DNA from: Desulfosporosinus sp.
GTDB taxonomy: Bacteria; Bacillota; Desulfitobacteriia; Desulfitobacteriales; Desulfitobacteriaceae
Direction: 5' to 3'
DNA length: 54,186 nt
Assembly: GCA_050945735.1 (NCBI GenBank)
Contig: JBMNTM010000001.1
Span: forward strand, 1-54,186
Shown: one piece after another, positions 35,847 to 45,601 of the stretch
Layout: the number at the start of each line of letters is the position of its first letter
Numbering within the stretch: position 1 is the stretch's first letter
Made by a program: the position numbers and the translations under genes
The notes under the pieces: generated by a model
Databases searched by the model: none
Told to the model about the DNA's origin: nothing
The model's input: only the letters and a program-made list of their open reading frames with translations

Positions 35847-36274
35847 GCCGAAGATTAGCCCGTGAAACAGCCTTGCAAGTGCTTTTTCAAAGGGACCTGA
35901 CGAAAGAACCGCTTATTTCAGCGGAAGAAGTCCAGCGCTGGGCTATGGAATTTGCAGTTCCCGAACCCAGTAGAAAATTTGCCCAGGAATTAGTCGACGG
36001 AACAATCCTTCATCAGAATGAGATCGATCAAACAATTGCTTCCTTTGCTCAGGACTGGACCCTTAGCCGTATGGCAAATGTAGATCGGAATGTGATGCGT
36101 TTAGCTACATATGAGATTCTCTTTTGTCCGGATATACCAGAACGAGTCAGTCTTAATGAGGCGATCGAATTAGCAAAAAGATATGGGGGCGAAGAATCGG
36201 CTAAGTTCGTTAACGGGATTTTAGACCGAGTCGCCGAAAGCGTTTCGAAAACTGACCGAAAAAGAAAACAATAA
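35843..36274 (+). CDS. nusB: Transcription antitermination factor NusB
   Basis: SRRLARE.ALQ.LF, W.L.RM..VDR..MRLA, NEAIELAK.YG, FVNGILD. Confidence 0.97.
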   Translation: MSRRLARETALQVLFQRDLTKEPLISAEEVQRWAMEFAVPEPSRKFAQELVDGTILHQNEIDQTIASFAQDWTLSRMANVDRNVMRLATYEILFCPDIPERVSLNEAIELAKRYGGEESAKFVNGILDRVAESVSKTDRKRKQ

Positions 36275-36428
36275 TTTCCGGCAATAATCTTACAGTGTCA
36301 TTTATTATTAAAGATTAGCTATACTAATGATAATAGTCAAAAAGCTCGTTAATCCGGGAGACATGGATAAGCGAGCTTAATTGTTGTTAAAATACTTCAG
36401 AATATCAGGTCGTGGGAGGTAATTATTA

Positions 36429-36845
36429 ATGAAGCATTATCGCAAAGAACTTTGGTTTAAAACAAAAAAGCGGCGGGAACTGATCAATATTACCCCTCTC
36501 GTTAAACAGTGCCTGGAGGAAAGTGGTATCCGGGAAGGACTGTTGCTTTGCAATGCCATGCATATCACAGCCAGCGTTTTTATTAACGATGATGAAAGCG
36601 GACTGCATCAAGATTTTGAAACATGGTTGGAAAGCCTTGCTCCGGAGAAACCATATGGCCGCTACCGGCACAATGGTTACGAAGACAACGCTGATGCCCA
36701 TCTGAAACGTACCATTATGGGCCGGGAAGTGGTGGTTGCGGTTACCGAAGGAAAGTTGGATTTTGGCCCTTGGGAGCAGATTTTTTACGGTGAATTTGAC
36801 GGTGGCCGCCGCAAACGTGTACTGATTAAGATTATTGGCGGATAA
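36429..36845 (+). CDS. YjbQ/UPF0047 family protein
   Basis: [32 protein letters not shown]. Confidence 0.93.
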   Translation: MKHYRKELWFKTKKRRELINITPLVKQCLEESGIREGLLLCNAMHITASVFINDDESGLHQDFETWLESLAPEKPYGRYRHNGYEDNADAHLKRTIMGREVVVAVTEGKLDFGPWEQIFYGEFDGGRRKRVLIKIIGG

Positions 36846-36962
36846 AAAACAGAGTTCTCTACCTATTTCATCTGAATTTTACGTTCGAGAATTAAAGGAA
36901 AAACGTCGCTTATTACGAATTAATAAATAATTATTATAATCCTATCATTAAGGAGGAATTAA

Positions 36963-37820
36963 ATGTACCGTGTTGTGAAAAAAAGGCAATTGTCACCGGC
37001 TGTTGTTTTACTGGAAATTGCAGCACCGGCTGTTGCCGCCAAAGTAGAGCCGGGCCAATTTGTCATTGTGCGGGTAGATGAGTTGGGTGAGCGCATTCCG
37101 CTTACAGTCATGAACTTTGACAGAGAAAAAGGTATCGTTACGCTTGTTGTCCAAGAAGTGGGCTATACTTCAGCCCTTATTAATCGTATGAATGAGGGGG
37201 ATGAATTTCTGGATTTCGTGGGGCCTTTAGGCGTTCCCTCTGATATAAAAAACCACGGTACTGTTGTGTGCATCGGAGGGGGTTTAGGCATTGCCCCTCT
37301 TTATCCGATTGCGCGGGCTTTAAAAGATATTGGAAATTATGTTATTTCCATCTTGGGTTCACGGAGTGCCGATCTTTTGATTTTAGAAGAAGAAATGCGT
37401 GCTGTCAGTAATGAAGTTATTATTGCCACAAACGATGGTAGCAAGGGTATGAAAGGGTTTGTGACAGACGGACTGGCTCAGGTCTTAGACCAAGGACATC
37501 AGGTGAAGGTGATTTGGGCCATTGGCCCTATGGTAATGATGAAAGCAGTTGTGGATTATACCCGTCCAAAGGGTATCAAAACTATTGTTAGCATGAATCC
37601 CATCATGGTTGACGGGACCGGCATGTGCGGTGCTTGTCGTATCAGTGTGGGCGATGAAACCAGATTCGCCTGTGTAGATGGACCGGAATTCGATGGACAT
37701 CTGGTTGATTTTGATCTAGCTATGAAACGTTTAAACTTTTATAAAGATGAAGAAAATCGCGCTCGGGTCCGGCTGGAGTGTAACTGTAAAGGAGGGCAGC
37801 AATGTGGCAGAGAAAGTTAA
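36963..37820 (+). CDS. nfnA: Electron-bifurcating transhydrogenase small subunit NfnA (SudB-like)
   Basis: PGQFVIVR..GERIPLT, GPLG, GGGLG, IGP..MM, MVDGTGMCGACR, CVDGPEFD. Confidence 0.88.
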   Translation: MYRVVKKRQLSPAVVLLEIAAPAVAAKVEPGQFVIVRVDELGERIPLTVMNFDREKGIVTLVVQEVGYTSALINRMNEGDEFLDFVGPLGVPSDIKNHGTVVCIGGGLGIAPLYPIARALKDIGNYVISILGSRSADLLILEEEMRAVSNEVIIATNDGSKGMKGFVTDGLAQVLDQGHQVKVIWAIGPMVMMKAVVDYTRPKGIKTIVSMNPIMVDGTGMCGACRISVGDETRFACVDGPEFDGHLVDFDLAMKRLNFYKDEENRARVRLECNCKGGQQCGRES

Positions 37821-39207
37821 GAAGACAAAGATACCGCGTCATGCTATGCCCTGCCAGGAACCGCGGGCCAGAGTACTTAACTTTGATGAAGTAGCCTTGG
37901 GATATACACAGGAAATGGCTGTGGAAGAGGCAAAGCGGTGTTTACAATGTAAGAAACCTTTATGTATTACGGGGTGTCCTGTAGGAGTTCTTATTCCGGA
38001 ATTTATTAAAAAGATCGCGGAAGGAAAGTTTGAGGAGGCGGCTAAAATTCTAAAAATAAAAAATTCCCTGCCGGCAATTTGCGGTCGGGTTTGCCCTCAG
38101 GAAACTCAATGTGAAAGTAAGTGTATCCTGGGCATTAAAGATGAGCCGGTAGCAATAGGCCGCTTGGAGCGGTTTGCCGCGGACTTTGGTATGCAGCCAG
38201 CAGAAAGTACCCTTGAAAAACCGGAGCCGAGCGGTAAACGCGTGGCTGTCATCGGGGCCGGACCGGCTGGGTTGGCCTGCGCCGGTGATTTAGCTAAAGC
38301 CGGGCATGCGGTGACGATCTTTGAAGCGCTGCACGTTGCCGGAGGTGTTTTGATGTATGGCATTCCCCAGTTCCGTTTACCGAAGGAAATTGTCCAAACA
38401 GAAATTGCTAACCTGAAACAAATGGGGGTAGAAATTCTTACCAACCAAGTGGTCGGCAAAGTAACATCGGTGGATGAACTGATGGAAAACGGCTACAACG
38501 CCGTTTTTATTGGTACAGGTGCCGGACTGCCGTACTTTATGGATATCCCCGGCGAAAACCTGAACGGGGTATATTCCGCCAACGAATTTTTAACGCGCAC
38601 TAATTTGATGAAGGGTTACAAATTTCCAGAGTATGCTACTCCGGTTAAAGTAGGGAAAAATGTGGCAGTACTTGGTGCGGGAAACGTAGCTATGGATTCC
38701 GCGCGTACCGCCTTGCGTTTAGGCGCAGAAAATGTTTATATTATTTACCGTCGTTCGCGTGCTGAGATGCCGGCCAGGATTGAAGAGGTAGAGCATGCGG
38801 AAGAGGAGGGCATCCAATTTCGTCTCTTGACTAATCCTGTTTCCATCGAAGGAGATGAGCACGGCTGGGTTAAGAGCCTAACTTGTTTGCGCTATGAGCT
38901 TGGTGAGCTGGATGCCTCAGGACGCCGTTCTCCGGTTGCTATTCCAGGCTCAGAATTCGTAATTCCCATGGATACGGTGATCGTGGCAATTGGGCAGGGA
39001 CCGAATCCCTTGCTGATAACCTCTACTCCGGGATTGGAGTTGAACAAACGGGGGAACATTGTTGCCGACCCAGAAACGCTCATGACTTCCAAACCGGGTG
39101 TTTTTGCGGGCGGAGATATTGTTACCGGTGCCGCCACCGTTATTTTGGCGATGGGAGCCGGCAAAAAGGCTGCCAGGGGTATTGATCAGTATCTGAAAGC
39201 AATATAA
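37804..39207 (+). CDS. nfnB: Electron-bifurcating transhydrogenase large subunit NfnB (SudA/GltD-like)
   Basis: RCLQC..P.C..GCP, CGRVCPQE.QCE..C, GAGPAGL, GAGNVAMD, GGDIVTGAATVILAMG; directly follows nfnA. Confidence 0.88.
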   Translation: MAEKVKKTKIPRHAMPCQEPRARVLNFDEVALGYTQEMAVEEAKRCLQCKKPLCITGCPVGVLIPEFIKKIAEGKFEEAAKILKIKNSLPAICGRVCPQETQCESKCILGIKDEPVAIGRLERFAADFGMQPAESTLEKPEPSGKRVAVIGAGPAGLACAGDLAKAGHAVTIFEALHVAGGVLMYGIPQFRLPKEIVQTEIANLKQMGVEILTNQVVGKVTSVDELMENGYNAVFIGTGAGLPYFMDIPGENLNGVYSANEFLTRTNLMKGYKFPEYATPVKVGKNVAVLGAGNVAMDSARTALRLGAENVYIIYRRSRAEMPARIEEVEHAEEEGIQFRLLTNPVSIEGDEHGWVKSLTCLRYELGELDASGRRSPVAIPGSEFVIPMDTVIVAIGQGPNPLLITSTPGLELNKRGNIVADPETLMTSKPGVFAGGDIVTGAATVILAMGAGKKAARGIDQYLKAI

Positions 39208-39244
39208 AATTAGGGTAAAAGTAAAAGATAAATTTAAAGTCAGC

Positions 39245-39266
39245 GGGAACGGTCAAGGCCGTTCCC
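39245..39266. repeat. REP-like palindrome, copy 2
   Basis: GGGAACGGT-CAAG-GCCGTTCCC, nearly identical to 17871-17891. Confidence 0.6.
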
Positions 39267-39416
39267 TCTAATTCAACTAAAATAAATAGGTTCAACTAAA
39301 AATACATTAAAAAGTACGGAATTCTAACTTGATTAGAATCTTGATCTTTACAGTTGATATTTAAAATACATACTAAGTTGTTAAATGAACAGCAAAATTT
39401 AGAAAGGAGTAATTAA

Positions 39417-40268
39417 TTGGCTCAGTTAATGGATGGTAAAGCGGTGGCAAAGATTATTAAAGAAGAAATTCGTGAGGAAATCACCCAGTGGAAAGCGAAA
39501 GGTGTACAGCCTAAACTAGCGGTAATTTTAGTCGGCGATGATCCGGCTTCAGTTGTTTATGCACGGTCCAAGCAGAAAGTCTGCGCGGATATCGGTATGG
39601 CCTATGAACTTTTCGCGATGCCGGGGGATTCCCAGGAAGCCGAAGTTTTAGCGCAGATTGAAAAACTAAACCGGGACACGGCAGTGCATGGCATTATGAT
39701 TGAACTTCCTCTGCCTAAAGGAATAAGTAAAGAAAAGATTATGGCGGCAGTGCGTCTGGATAAGGATGTCGATGGGGTTCACCCGATTAATCGCGGCTAT
39801 ATTTTAAGCGGTGAGGATGGGCTTTTTCCCGCCACGCCGCAAAGTTGTATTGAATTGTTGCTCCGCTATGGGGTGGAAATTTCTGGCAAACATGCTGTCA
39901 TCGTCGGACGGGGAGAAACAATGGGTAAGCCCCTGGTTTTTATGATTTTAAAACACAATGCGACTGTGACCATTTGTCATTCTAAAACACAGGACTTGGG
40001 GTCTTTTACCCGTCAAGCAGACATTTTAATTGTAGCCGTAGGACACCCTGAATTGATCAAAAAAGATATGGTCAAACCGGGTGCGATTGTCGTTGATGCA
40101 GGGATCAATGAAATTTCCGGTGGCATTTGCGGCGATGTGGATTTTGAAAGGGTGCAGGAAGTAGTAGCATTAATCTCTCCGGTGCCGGGTGGGGTTGGTT
40201 CTTTGACCACGACTTTGGTGATGCGTAATGTTCTCAAAGGGATTGTCCTGCAAAGGAGGACGTGTTAA
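39417..40268 (+). CDS. folD: Methylenetetrahydrofolate dehydrogenase (FolD family)
   Basis: VGDDPAS..Y..SK, KDVDG.HP.N, NATVTICHSKT, PVPGGVG. Confidence 0.92.
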   Translation: MAQLMDGKAVAKIIKEEIREEITQWKAKGVQPKLAVILVGDDPASVVYARSKQKVCADIGMAYELFAMPGDSQEAEVLAQIEKLNRDTAVHGIMIELPLPKGISKEKIMAAVRLDKDVDGVHPINRGYILSGEDGLFPATPQSCIELLLRYGVEISGKHAVIVGRGETMGKPLVFMILKHNATVTICHSKTQDLGSFTRQADILIVAVGHPELIKKDMVKPGAIVVDAGINEISGGICGDVDFERVQEVVALISPVPGGVGSLTTTLVMRNVLKGIVLQRRTC

Positions 40269-40912
40269 TGGATACGAATAAAGTTTGGGAATGGACGATA
40301 GAAGAATTTTTGACTGAGTCCGCCGGCTCTTCGCCGACACCGGGCGGGGGCAGTGTCTCTGCTTATGTTGGTGCGCTAGCCGCTGCGATGATTTGCATGG
40401 TTGCTAATCTCACCCTGGGCAAGGAAAAGTATCAAGAGGTTGAACCACAAGTGAAAGAGATTTTGGTTCAGGCCGACAGGATACTATCCTTGTTAAAAAT
40501 CGGCTTAAATCAAGATATCGCTGTCTTTTCCGATTTCATGGCCGTCTTTAAATTACCAAAAGGCAGCGAAGCGGAAAAAAGAGTGCGTGCGCGGAAAATG
40601 CAAGAGGCTTTGCTTTCCGCTACCGATACCCCGCTGGGGATTTCCCAAAATTGTTATCAAATCTTACAATTGGCACATAAACTGGCCCCCATCGGAAACC
40701 TTGGAGCAATTAGTGATGTTGGTGTCGCTGCCTATTTAGCAGAAAGTGCGCTAAAGTCAGCATTACTGAGTGTCGACATCAATCTTCCGCAGATTAAAGA
40801 TGAAGGTTATCAATCGCGGGTAAAGGCGGAACGAAGCGGACTAATTAAACAAGCGTCTGTCCTTTGTGCGGAGACTATCGTCGTTGTCCAAAGCCGGATC
40901 AGTGGTTCCTGA
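40268..40912 (+). CDS. fchA: Cyclodeaminase/cyclohydrolase family protein (FchA-like methenyl-THF cyclohydrolase)
   Basis: PTPGGGSVSA, MVANLT.GK, GN..AISDVGVA, V.INL. Confidence 0.85.
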   Translation: MDTNKVWEWTIEEFLTESAGSSPTPGGGSVSAYVGALAAAMICMVANLTLGKEKYQEVEPQVKEILVQADRILSLLKIGLNQDIAVFSDFMAVFKLPKGSEAEKRVRARKMQEALLSATDTPLGISQNCYQILQLAHKLAPIGNLGAISDVGVAAYLAESALKSALLSVDINLPQIKDEGYQSRVKAERSGLIKQASVLCAETIVVVQSRISGS

Positions 40913-40942
40913 GCGTGGTTTGAACTTATGATTCGCGGTTCT

Positions 40943-43900
40943 CTAACTCAAGCCTAAAACCTTGTCGACAAAGACCCTGACAATCTTTGGATCAAACTGA
41001 GTTCCTGCATTTCTTTCTATTTCCTCAATCGCCGCAGCCTCGCTTAAGGCCTTGCGATAAGGTCTATCACTGATCATAGCATCATATGTATCGGCAATGG
41101 CAATAATCCTCGCCTTCAAAGGTATTTCTTCACCTTTTAATCCCTTGGGATATCCCTTTCCATCCCACCTTTCATGATGTGCTAAAACATATTTTGCTAA
41201 TTGGGATAACTCATTTATGGAACCCAATATGCGATAGCCGATTTCCGGATGTCGCCTGATTTCCCGCAATTCGGAATCACTCAATGCGCCTGGTTTATTT
41301 AGAATCTGGGCTTCAAGTGTTATTTTCCCAATATCATGCATTAATCCTACGGTTTGAAGCTCACTGATATCTTCCGTATTTAAATCTAAAGCTTCTCCTA
41401 TCGCTTTACTTAATTGACTTGTCCGGGCAGAATGCTGCTGTTCTCTTTCGTTTTTTTCATATAGCGCTTTGATCATCGCTTGTACGGTTTTAATTCTTGC
41501 ACTGGTACTTTCAGACAGTTTACATTTATACATTTCATCTTCGGCTTTCCTAAAAATGCTGTTTATTTCCTCTGTAACTTCCTTCTTTGTTTCCCAACCA
41601 AAGGAGATGGACAGTAAAATAGAACCCGATTTCTCCTTGGCAATAGCGTTATTTATGCGCTTCACAATGGTTGCAGCTTGTTCTGAATCGGTTTTTGGCA
41701 GTAACAGGACAAATTCATCTCCGCCAATCCGGGCAATAATGTCATCGGCCCGCGATTCTTTTTTCATTATCCCGGCCGCCCGTTTTAAAAGCCAGTCTCC
41801 TTCTAAATGGCTAAAAGCATCATTAATTAACTTCAATCCGTTGACATCAGCCATTATTAGGGTTAAGGGGAGATTTCTCTCTGAATCTAGTCTTTTCAAC
41901 TCTTCTTCAAAGAAGCGACGATTGTATAAGCCGGTTAACGGATCATGATAGCTTAAGTAGTTGATTCTTTCTTGTTTTTCTTTTTTTTCGGTAATATCTC
42001 TAAATACCAGGACAACTCCGATTACATTATTATGCTCATCCTTGATCGGAGACGCACTGCCTTCACAGAATATTTTCAGACCTTCTTTGGAAATTAGAAT
42101 AGTATGATTGGAAAGCTCGACAATATTTCCGGTGTTCAATACCTCATGTACCGGATTTTCACATCTTTTTCTTGTAGATTCATTGATAATATTAAATACA
42201 ATTGCAAAAGGCTTATTGTAAGCTTCATTTTGCGTCCAACCAGTTAGTCTTTCGGCAACTTTATTTAGCAGCTTAATCTTACCTTGACTGTCTGTGGAAA
42301 TCACACCGTCTCCGATACTCTCCAAAGTAATGTGCAGGTTCTGTTTTTCTAAGGCTAAGGCTACTTCGGCTTTATTTCGATCGGTAATATCCCGCAAAGA
42401 TTCGATAGCGCCAATGGTATTTCCATGCAGATCACAAAGTCTCGAAGTAGATACGGATAAATAAGCACCTTTCCCGCTATATATTTTGGAGATATAAGTT
42501 TCACCCAAGAGAGTATCACCTTGCTTACGGATGAAGTCGTACTTATTCTTCAGAACATCATAATCATTGCTCGACATAAGCGCATAGTCAATCAAAATCG
42601 GACGGCGTTCGCTATAAAAAGGAAGAGCATATTCGTAATTACCTTTGCCAATCATTTGCTCCTTGGGGATTCCGGTCATTTCTTCCATTGCCTTATTCCA
42701 AAAGACAACTTGTCCCTGCGCATTAATCATAAAGGTAGCATCCGGTAATAGCTCAATGATTTGTTCCAGTTGCCGCTGCGATTCTTTCCGGAATTCTTCA
42801 GCCTGCTTGCGTTCGGTGATGTCGGTGTGGGTGCCGAACATCATCAGTGGTTTCCCGTCGCGGCTTCGCGTAATCACGCGGCCACGGTTCTGCACCCAGA
42901 CCCACGTTCCATTCTTGTGGCGCATTCTAACCTCACAATCGAAGAGATCCAGTTCACCGCGAAAGTGCGCCGCCAACAGTTCGTTACACCGTTTTAGGTC
43001 ATCCGGATGTCCCAGCTCCGTCCAGGTATTGATGCTGATTGGCGCCAGCTCTTCAGGGGTATAGCCGACCATATTGGCCCAATGTTGGTTGAAAACAGCA
43101 GCTCCGGTCTGAACATTCCACTCCCAGGTACCGACATTAGTTCCTTCGATGATATCGGCAAGGCGCTGCCGCTCTTGAAGGAGTGCCTCTTCCGATAGCT
43201 TCTTTTCAGTAATATCTCTTGAGATACCTACAAGGGAAACAAATTTGCCATCCTGGCCGACAACCGGGCGGCCGTTTATGCTATGCCAATGCCAGGTGTT
43301 ATCAGCATGCTTAATACGGTATTCCGGATTTGGCATTACGGCTTTGGATTGAATGACAGATTGCAAATACTCAAAGCAGGCTTCATAATCATCCGGATGA
43401 ACTATGACTTGATATGACTTGCCGACAATGGAGGATGGCAGATAACCGGTTATTCTTTCCCAGGATGGAGAAGCATAGGTGAACACGCATTCTGCATTCA
43501 TGCTCCAGATCAAATCATAAGAATGCTCGACCAGTAAGCGATACTTCGTTTCACTCTCCTGTAAGGCTTCCTGCGCCCGTTTCTGGGCAGTGAAATCCCG
43601 AATTGTCCCTTGATACCCAATGATTGAGCCGGTATTGTCTTTACGGATAACTAAACTGATGCGGGTCTTGATGATCGTGCCGTCCTTTTTTCGCAGGTTG
43701 GTGGGATAATTATGGATACTACCCAATTCCTGAATTTTCCTAAGATGCCGTTTTCGTTCCTCCGCATCGGCATACAGTGTATCAATTCTCACTCCCTGCA
43801 GTTCTTCCTGGCTATAATAACCAAGGATTTTAACCGTTGCATCATTTAAATCAATGAAATAGCCCTTTAAAGATGTAATAAAGACTCCGTCTTTGGAAGT

Positions 43901-43957
43901 AGCGAAGAATGCCCGGTATTTCTCTTTGCTATTCCATAACTCCTTATATTCGCTCAT
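40943..43957 (-). CDS. Multi-PAS diguanylate cyclase/HD-GYP phosphodiesterase
   Basis: Five PAS/PAC modules (D.T..K ends), HDPLTGLYNR, RADD I-site, RIGGDEF, HDIGK, HHERWDGKGYP. Confidence 0.93.
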   Translation of the reverse strand: MSEYKELWNSKEKYRAFFATSKDGVFITSLKGYFIDLNDATVKILGYYSQEELQGVRIDTLYADAEERKRHLRKIQELGSIHNYPTNLRKKDGTIIKTRISLVIRKDNTGSIIGYQGTIRDFTAQKRAQEALQESETKYRLLVEHSYDLIWSMNAECVFTYASPSWERITGYLPSSIVGKSYQVIVHPDDYEACFEYLQSVIQSKAVMPNPEYRIKHADNTWHWHSINGRPVVGQDGKFVSLVGISRDITEKKLSEEALLQERQRLADIIEGTNVGTWEWNVQTGAAVFNQHWANMVGYTPEELAPISINTWTELGHPDDLKRCNELLAAHFRGELDLFDCEVRMRHKNGTWVWVQNRGRVITRSRDGKPLMMFGTHTDITERKQAEEFRKESQRQLEQIIELLPDATFMINAQGQVVFWNKAMEEMTGIPKEQMIGKGNYEYALPFYSERRPILIDYALMSSNDYDVLKNKYDFIRKQGDTLLGETYISKIYSGKGAYLSVSTSRLCDLHGNTIGAIESLRDITDRNKAEVALALEKQNLHITLESIGDGVISTDSQGKIKLLNKVAERLTGWTQNEAYNKPFAIVFNIINESTRKRCENPVHEVLNTGNIVELSNHTILISKEGLKIFCEGSASPIKDEHNNVIGVVLVFRDITEKKEKQERINYLSYHDPLTGLYNRRFFEEELKRLDSERNLPLTLIMADVNGLKLINDAFSHLEGDWLLKRAAGIMKKESRADDIIARIGGDEFVLLLPKTDSEQAATIVKRINNAIAKEKSGSILLSISFGWETKKEVTEEINSIFRKAEDEMYKCKLSESTSARIKTVQAMIKALYEKNEREQQHSARTSQLSKAIGEALDLNTEDISELQTVGLMHDIGKITLEAQILNKPGALSDSELREIRRHPEIGYRILGSINELSQLAKYVLAHHERWDGKGYPKGLKGEEIPLKARIIAIADTYDAMISDRPYRKALSEAAAIEEIERNAGTQFDPKIVRVFVDKVLGLS

Positions 43958-44127
43958 ATTTGACTATCCCCTCAGCCTTAAAATAGATTATTTTGCTAAT
44001 ATAATTTACTTTCGACAGTTTAGTTCCTATTCCTACCTGGTGACATTTTTAGTGATTATTTGACTATTTTTACATTATTTTGAGACAGTCCCTTTTTTTA
44101 TTAGGGATAGTATTTGAGGTGAAAATT

Positions 44128-45330
44128 GTGCCTAAGATATGGACAGTATCAGAGCTTGTGCGCCATATTGGCCATGTTCTGCGGGATAGAGCAGATTTAC
44201 GAAATTGCTGGCTTAGTGGTGAACTTTCCAATTTTAAAAATCATCGTGCTTCCGGACACTGGTATTTTACTCTGAAAGATGATTCGTCAAGCTTGAAAGG
44301 GGTTATGTTTAAAAGCCGCGCGGAACGCGTACGATTTGTTCCGACAGATGGGTTAAGGGTTTTGACGCGGGGAAATATCCGCATGTACGAGCGGGAGGGC
44401 AGTATTCAATTCTATGCAGAAGAGATGGAACCGAGCGGACTCGGTCAGCTTTATTTGGCATTTGAGCAGCTTAAGAAGAAACTGGCTCAAGAAGGGTTAT
44501 TTGACTCCTTAGCTAAAAAGATGCTCCCCTGTTTTCCGAAGCGTATTGGGATTGTCACGAGTCCGACAGGAGCTGCCATTCGGGATATAATTAACATAAT
44601 GAACCGTCGCCATCCGGGGATGTCATGGATCTTGGCGCCTTCTGCAGTCCAAGGGGAGGCTGCACCGCAGGAATTGGCGCAGGCGATCGCGCGGCTTAAC
44701 CGCTATGGGGCAGTAGATGTGATTATTATTGGTCGCGGTGGGGGTTCTTTAGAAGAGCTCTGGGCTTTTAACACCGAAGTAGTTGCCCGCGCTATTGCGG
44801 CATCCAAGATACCGGTCATCTCTGCTGTGGGACATGAAACAGATGTGACCATCTCAGATTATGTCGCGGACTTGCGAGCACCAACTCCTTCAGCGGCGGC
44901 CGAACTTGCTGTACCGGTCTTACAGGATCTGCAGCTGCAAGTTGTCCAACTGAGCGTTCGCTTGCAAGCCGGGATGCGGATGCTCATCGAGCGGAAACGT
45001 CAGCGCCTTGAAGAGTACGCCAATAAGGGGCCGCTTAGGGATCCTTTCTGGCGTATCGATCAGAATCGGCAATGTATAGATACCTTGCAAATGCGTCTTC
45101 AGGAGAACATGACTAGATTTTTTGCGGACAAAAATGGTATACTGAATTTATTGACGGCTAAACTGGATTTATTGAGTCCTTTGGCTGTTTTGGGCCGGGG
45201 ATACTCTTTGACTTACGATGCAAGGGGTAACCTTCTGCGCTCCGTGAACCAGGTAAAGCTGCAAGAGCAGATTCGTGTTCGTCTGGGAGAAGGAACTCTA
45301 CATTGTGAAGTGTTAGAAAAAGGAGAATAA
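44128..45330 (+). CDS. xseA: Exodeoxyribonuclease VII large subunit
   Basis: GELSNFK..SGHWYFTLKD, TSPTGAAIRDI, RGGGSLEELWAFN, GHETD, APTPSAAAE. Confidence 0.97.
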   Translation: MPKIWTVSELVRHIGHVLRDRADLRNCWLSGELSNFKNHRASGHWYFTLKDDSSSLKGVMFKSRAERVRFVPTDGLRVLTRGNIRMYEREGSIQFYAEEMEPSGLGQLYLAFEQLKKKLAQEGLFDSLAKKMLPCFPKRIGIVTSPTGAAIRDIINIMNRRHPGMSWILAPSAVQGEAAPQELAQAIARLNRYGAVDVIIIGRGGGSLEELWAFNTEVVARAIAASKIPVISAVGHETDVTISDYVADLRAPTPSAAAELAVPVLQDLQLQVVQLSVRLQAGMRMLIERKRQRLEEYANKGPLRDPFWRIDQNRQCIDTLQMRLQENMTRFFADKNGILNLLTAKLDLLSPLAVLGRGYSLTYDARGNLLRSVNQVKLQEQIRVRLGEGTLHCEVLEKGE

Positions 45331-45333
45331 GCT

Positions 45334-45594
45334 ATGAACGTTACAATTTATGCGCAGGAAGAAGAATCCATTTCATTGGAAACAGGTCTTCAACAATTAG
45401 AAAAAATTGTTAATGCCCTGGAACAAAAAGATCTGCCATTGGAAAAAGCCTTGAGTTTATTCGAGGAAGGTGTCGGTCTTGTTCAGTACTGTTCCAGTGT
45501 GCTAAATCAAGCGGAAAAAAAGATGGAAATACTGCTTGAAGGTCCGAATGGTGAGTTGCAAATAAAACCGGCAAGCTTTGAAATGGAAGGATGA
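45334..45594 (+). CDS. xseB: Exodeoxyribonuclease VII small subunit
   Basis: LE.IV..LE..DLPLE.AL.LFEEG..L...C...L..AE. Confidence 0.93.
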   Translation: MNVTIYAQEEESISLETGLQQLEKIVNALEQKDLPLEKALSLFEEGVGLVQYCSSVLNQAEKKMEILLEGPNGELQIKPASFEMEG

Positions 45595-45601
45595 CGCCTT
45601 A

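Noticed and set aside
36342-36378. Riboswitch upstream of yjbQ (AAGCTCG...CGAGCTT hairpin)
   Set aside because: Single hairpin with no TPP or other aptamer consensus; probably a terminator-like or stabilising stem
37804-39207. Glutamate synthase small subunit
   Set aside because: No large subunit nearby; pairing with an NfnA/SudB-type gene indicates NfnB
41469-43198. Plus-strand ORFs within the GGDEF/HD-GYP gene, and similar antisense ORFs such as 2786-3457 and 19526-20083
   Set aside because: They overlap well-supported genes on the opposite strand and show no recognisable motifs
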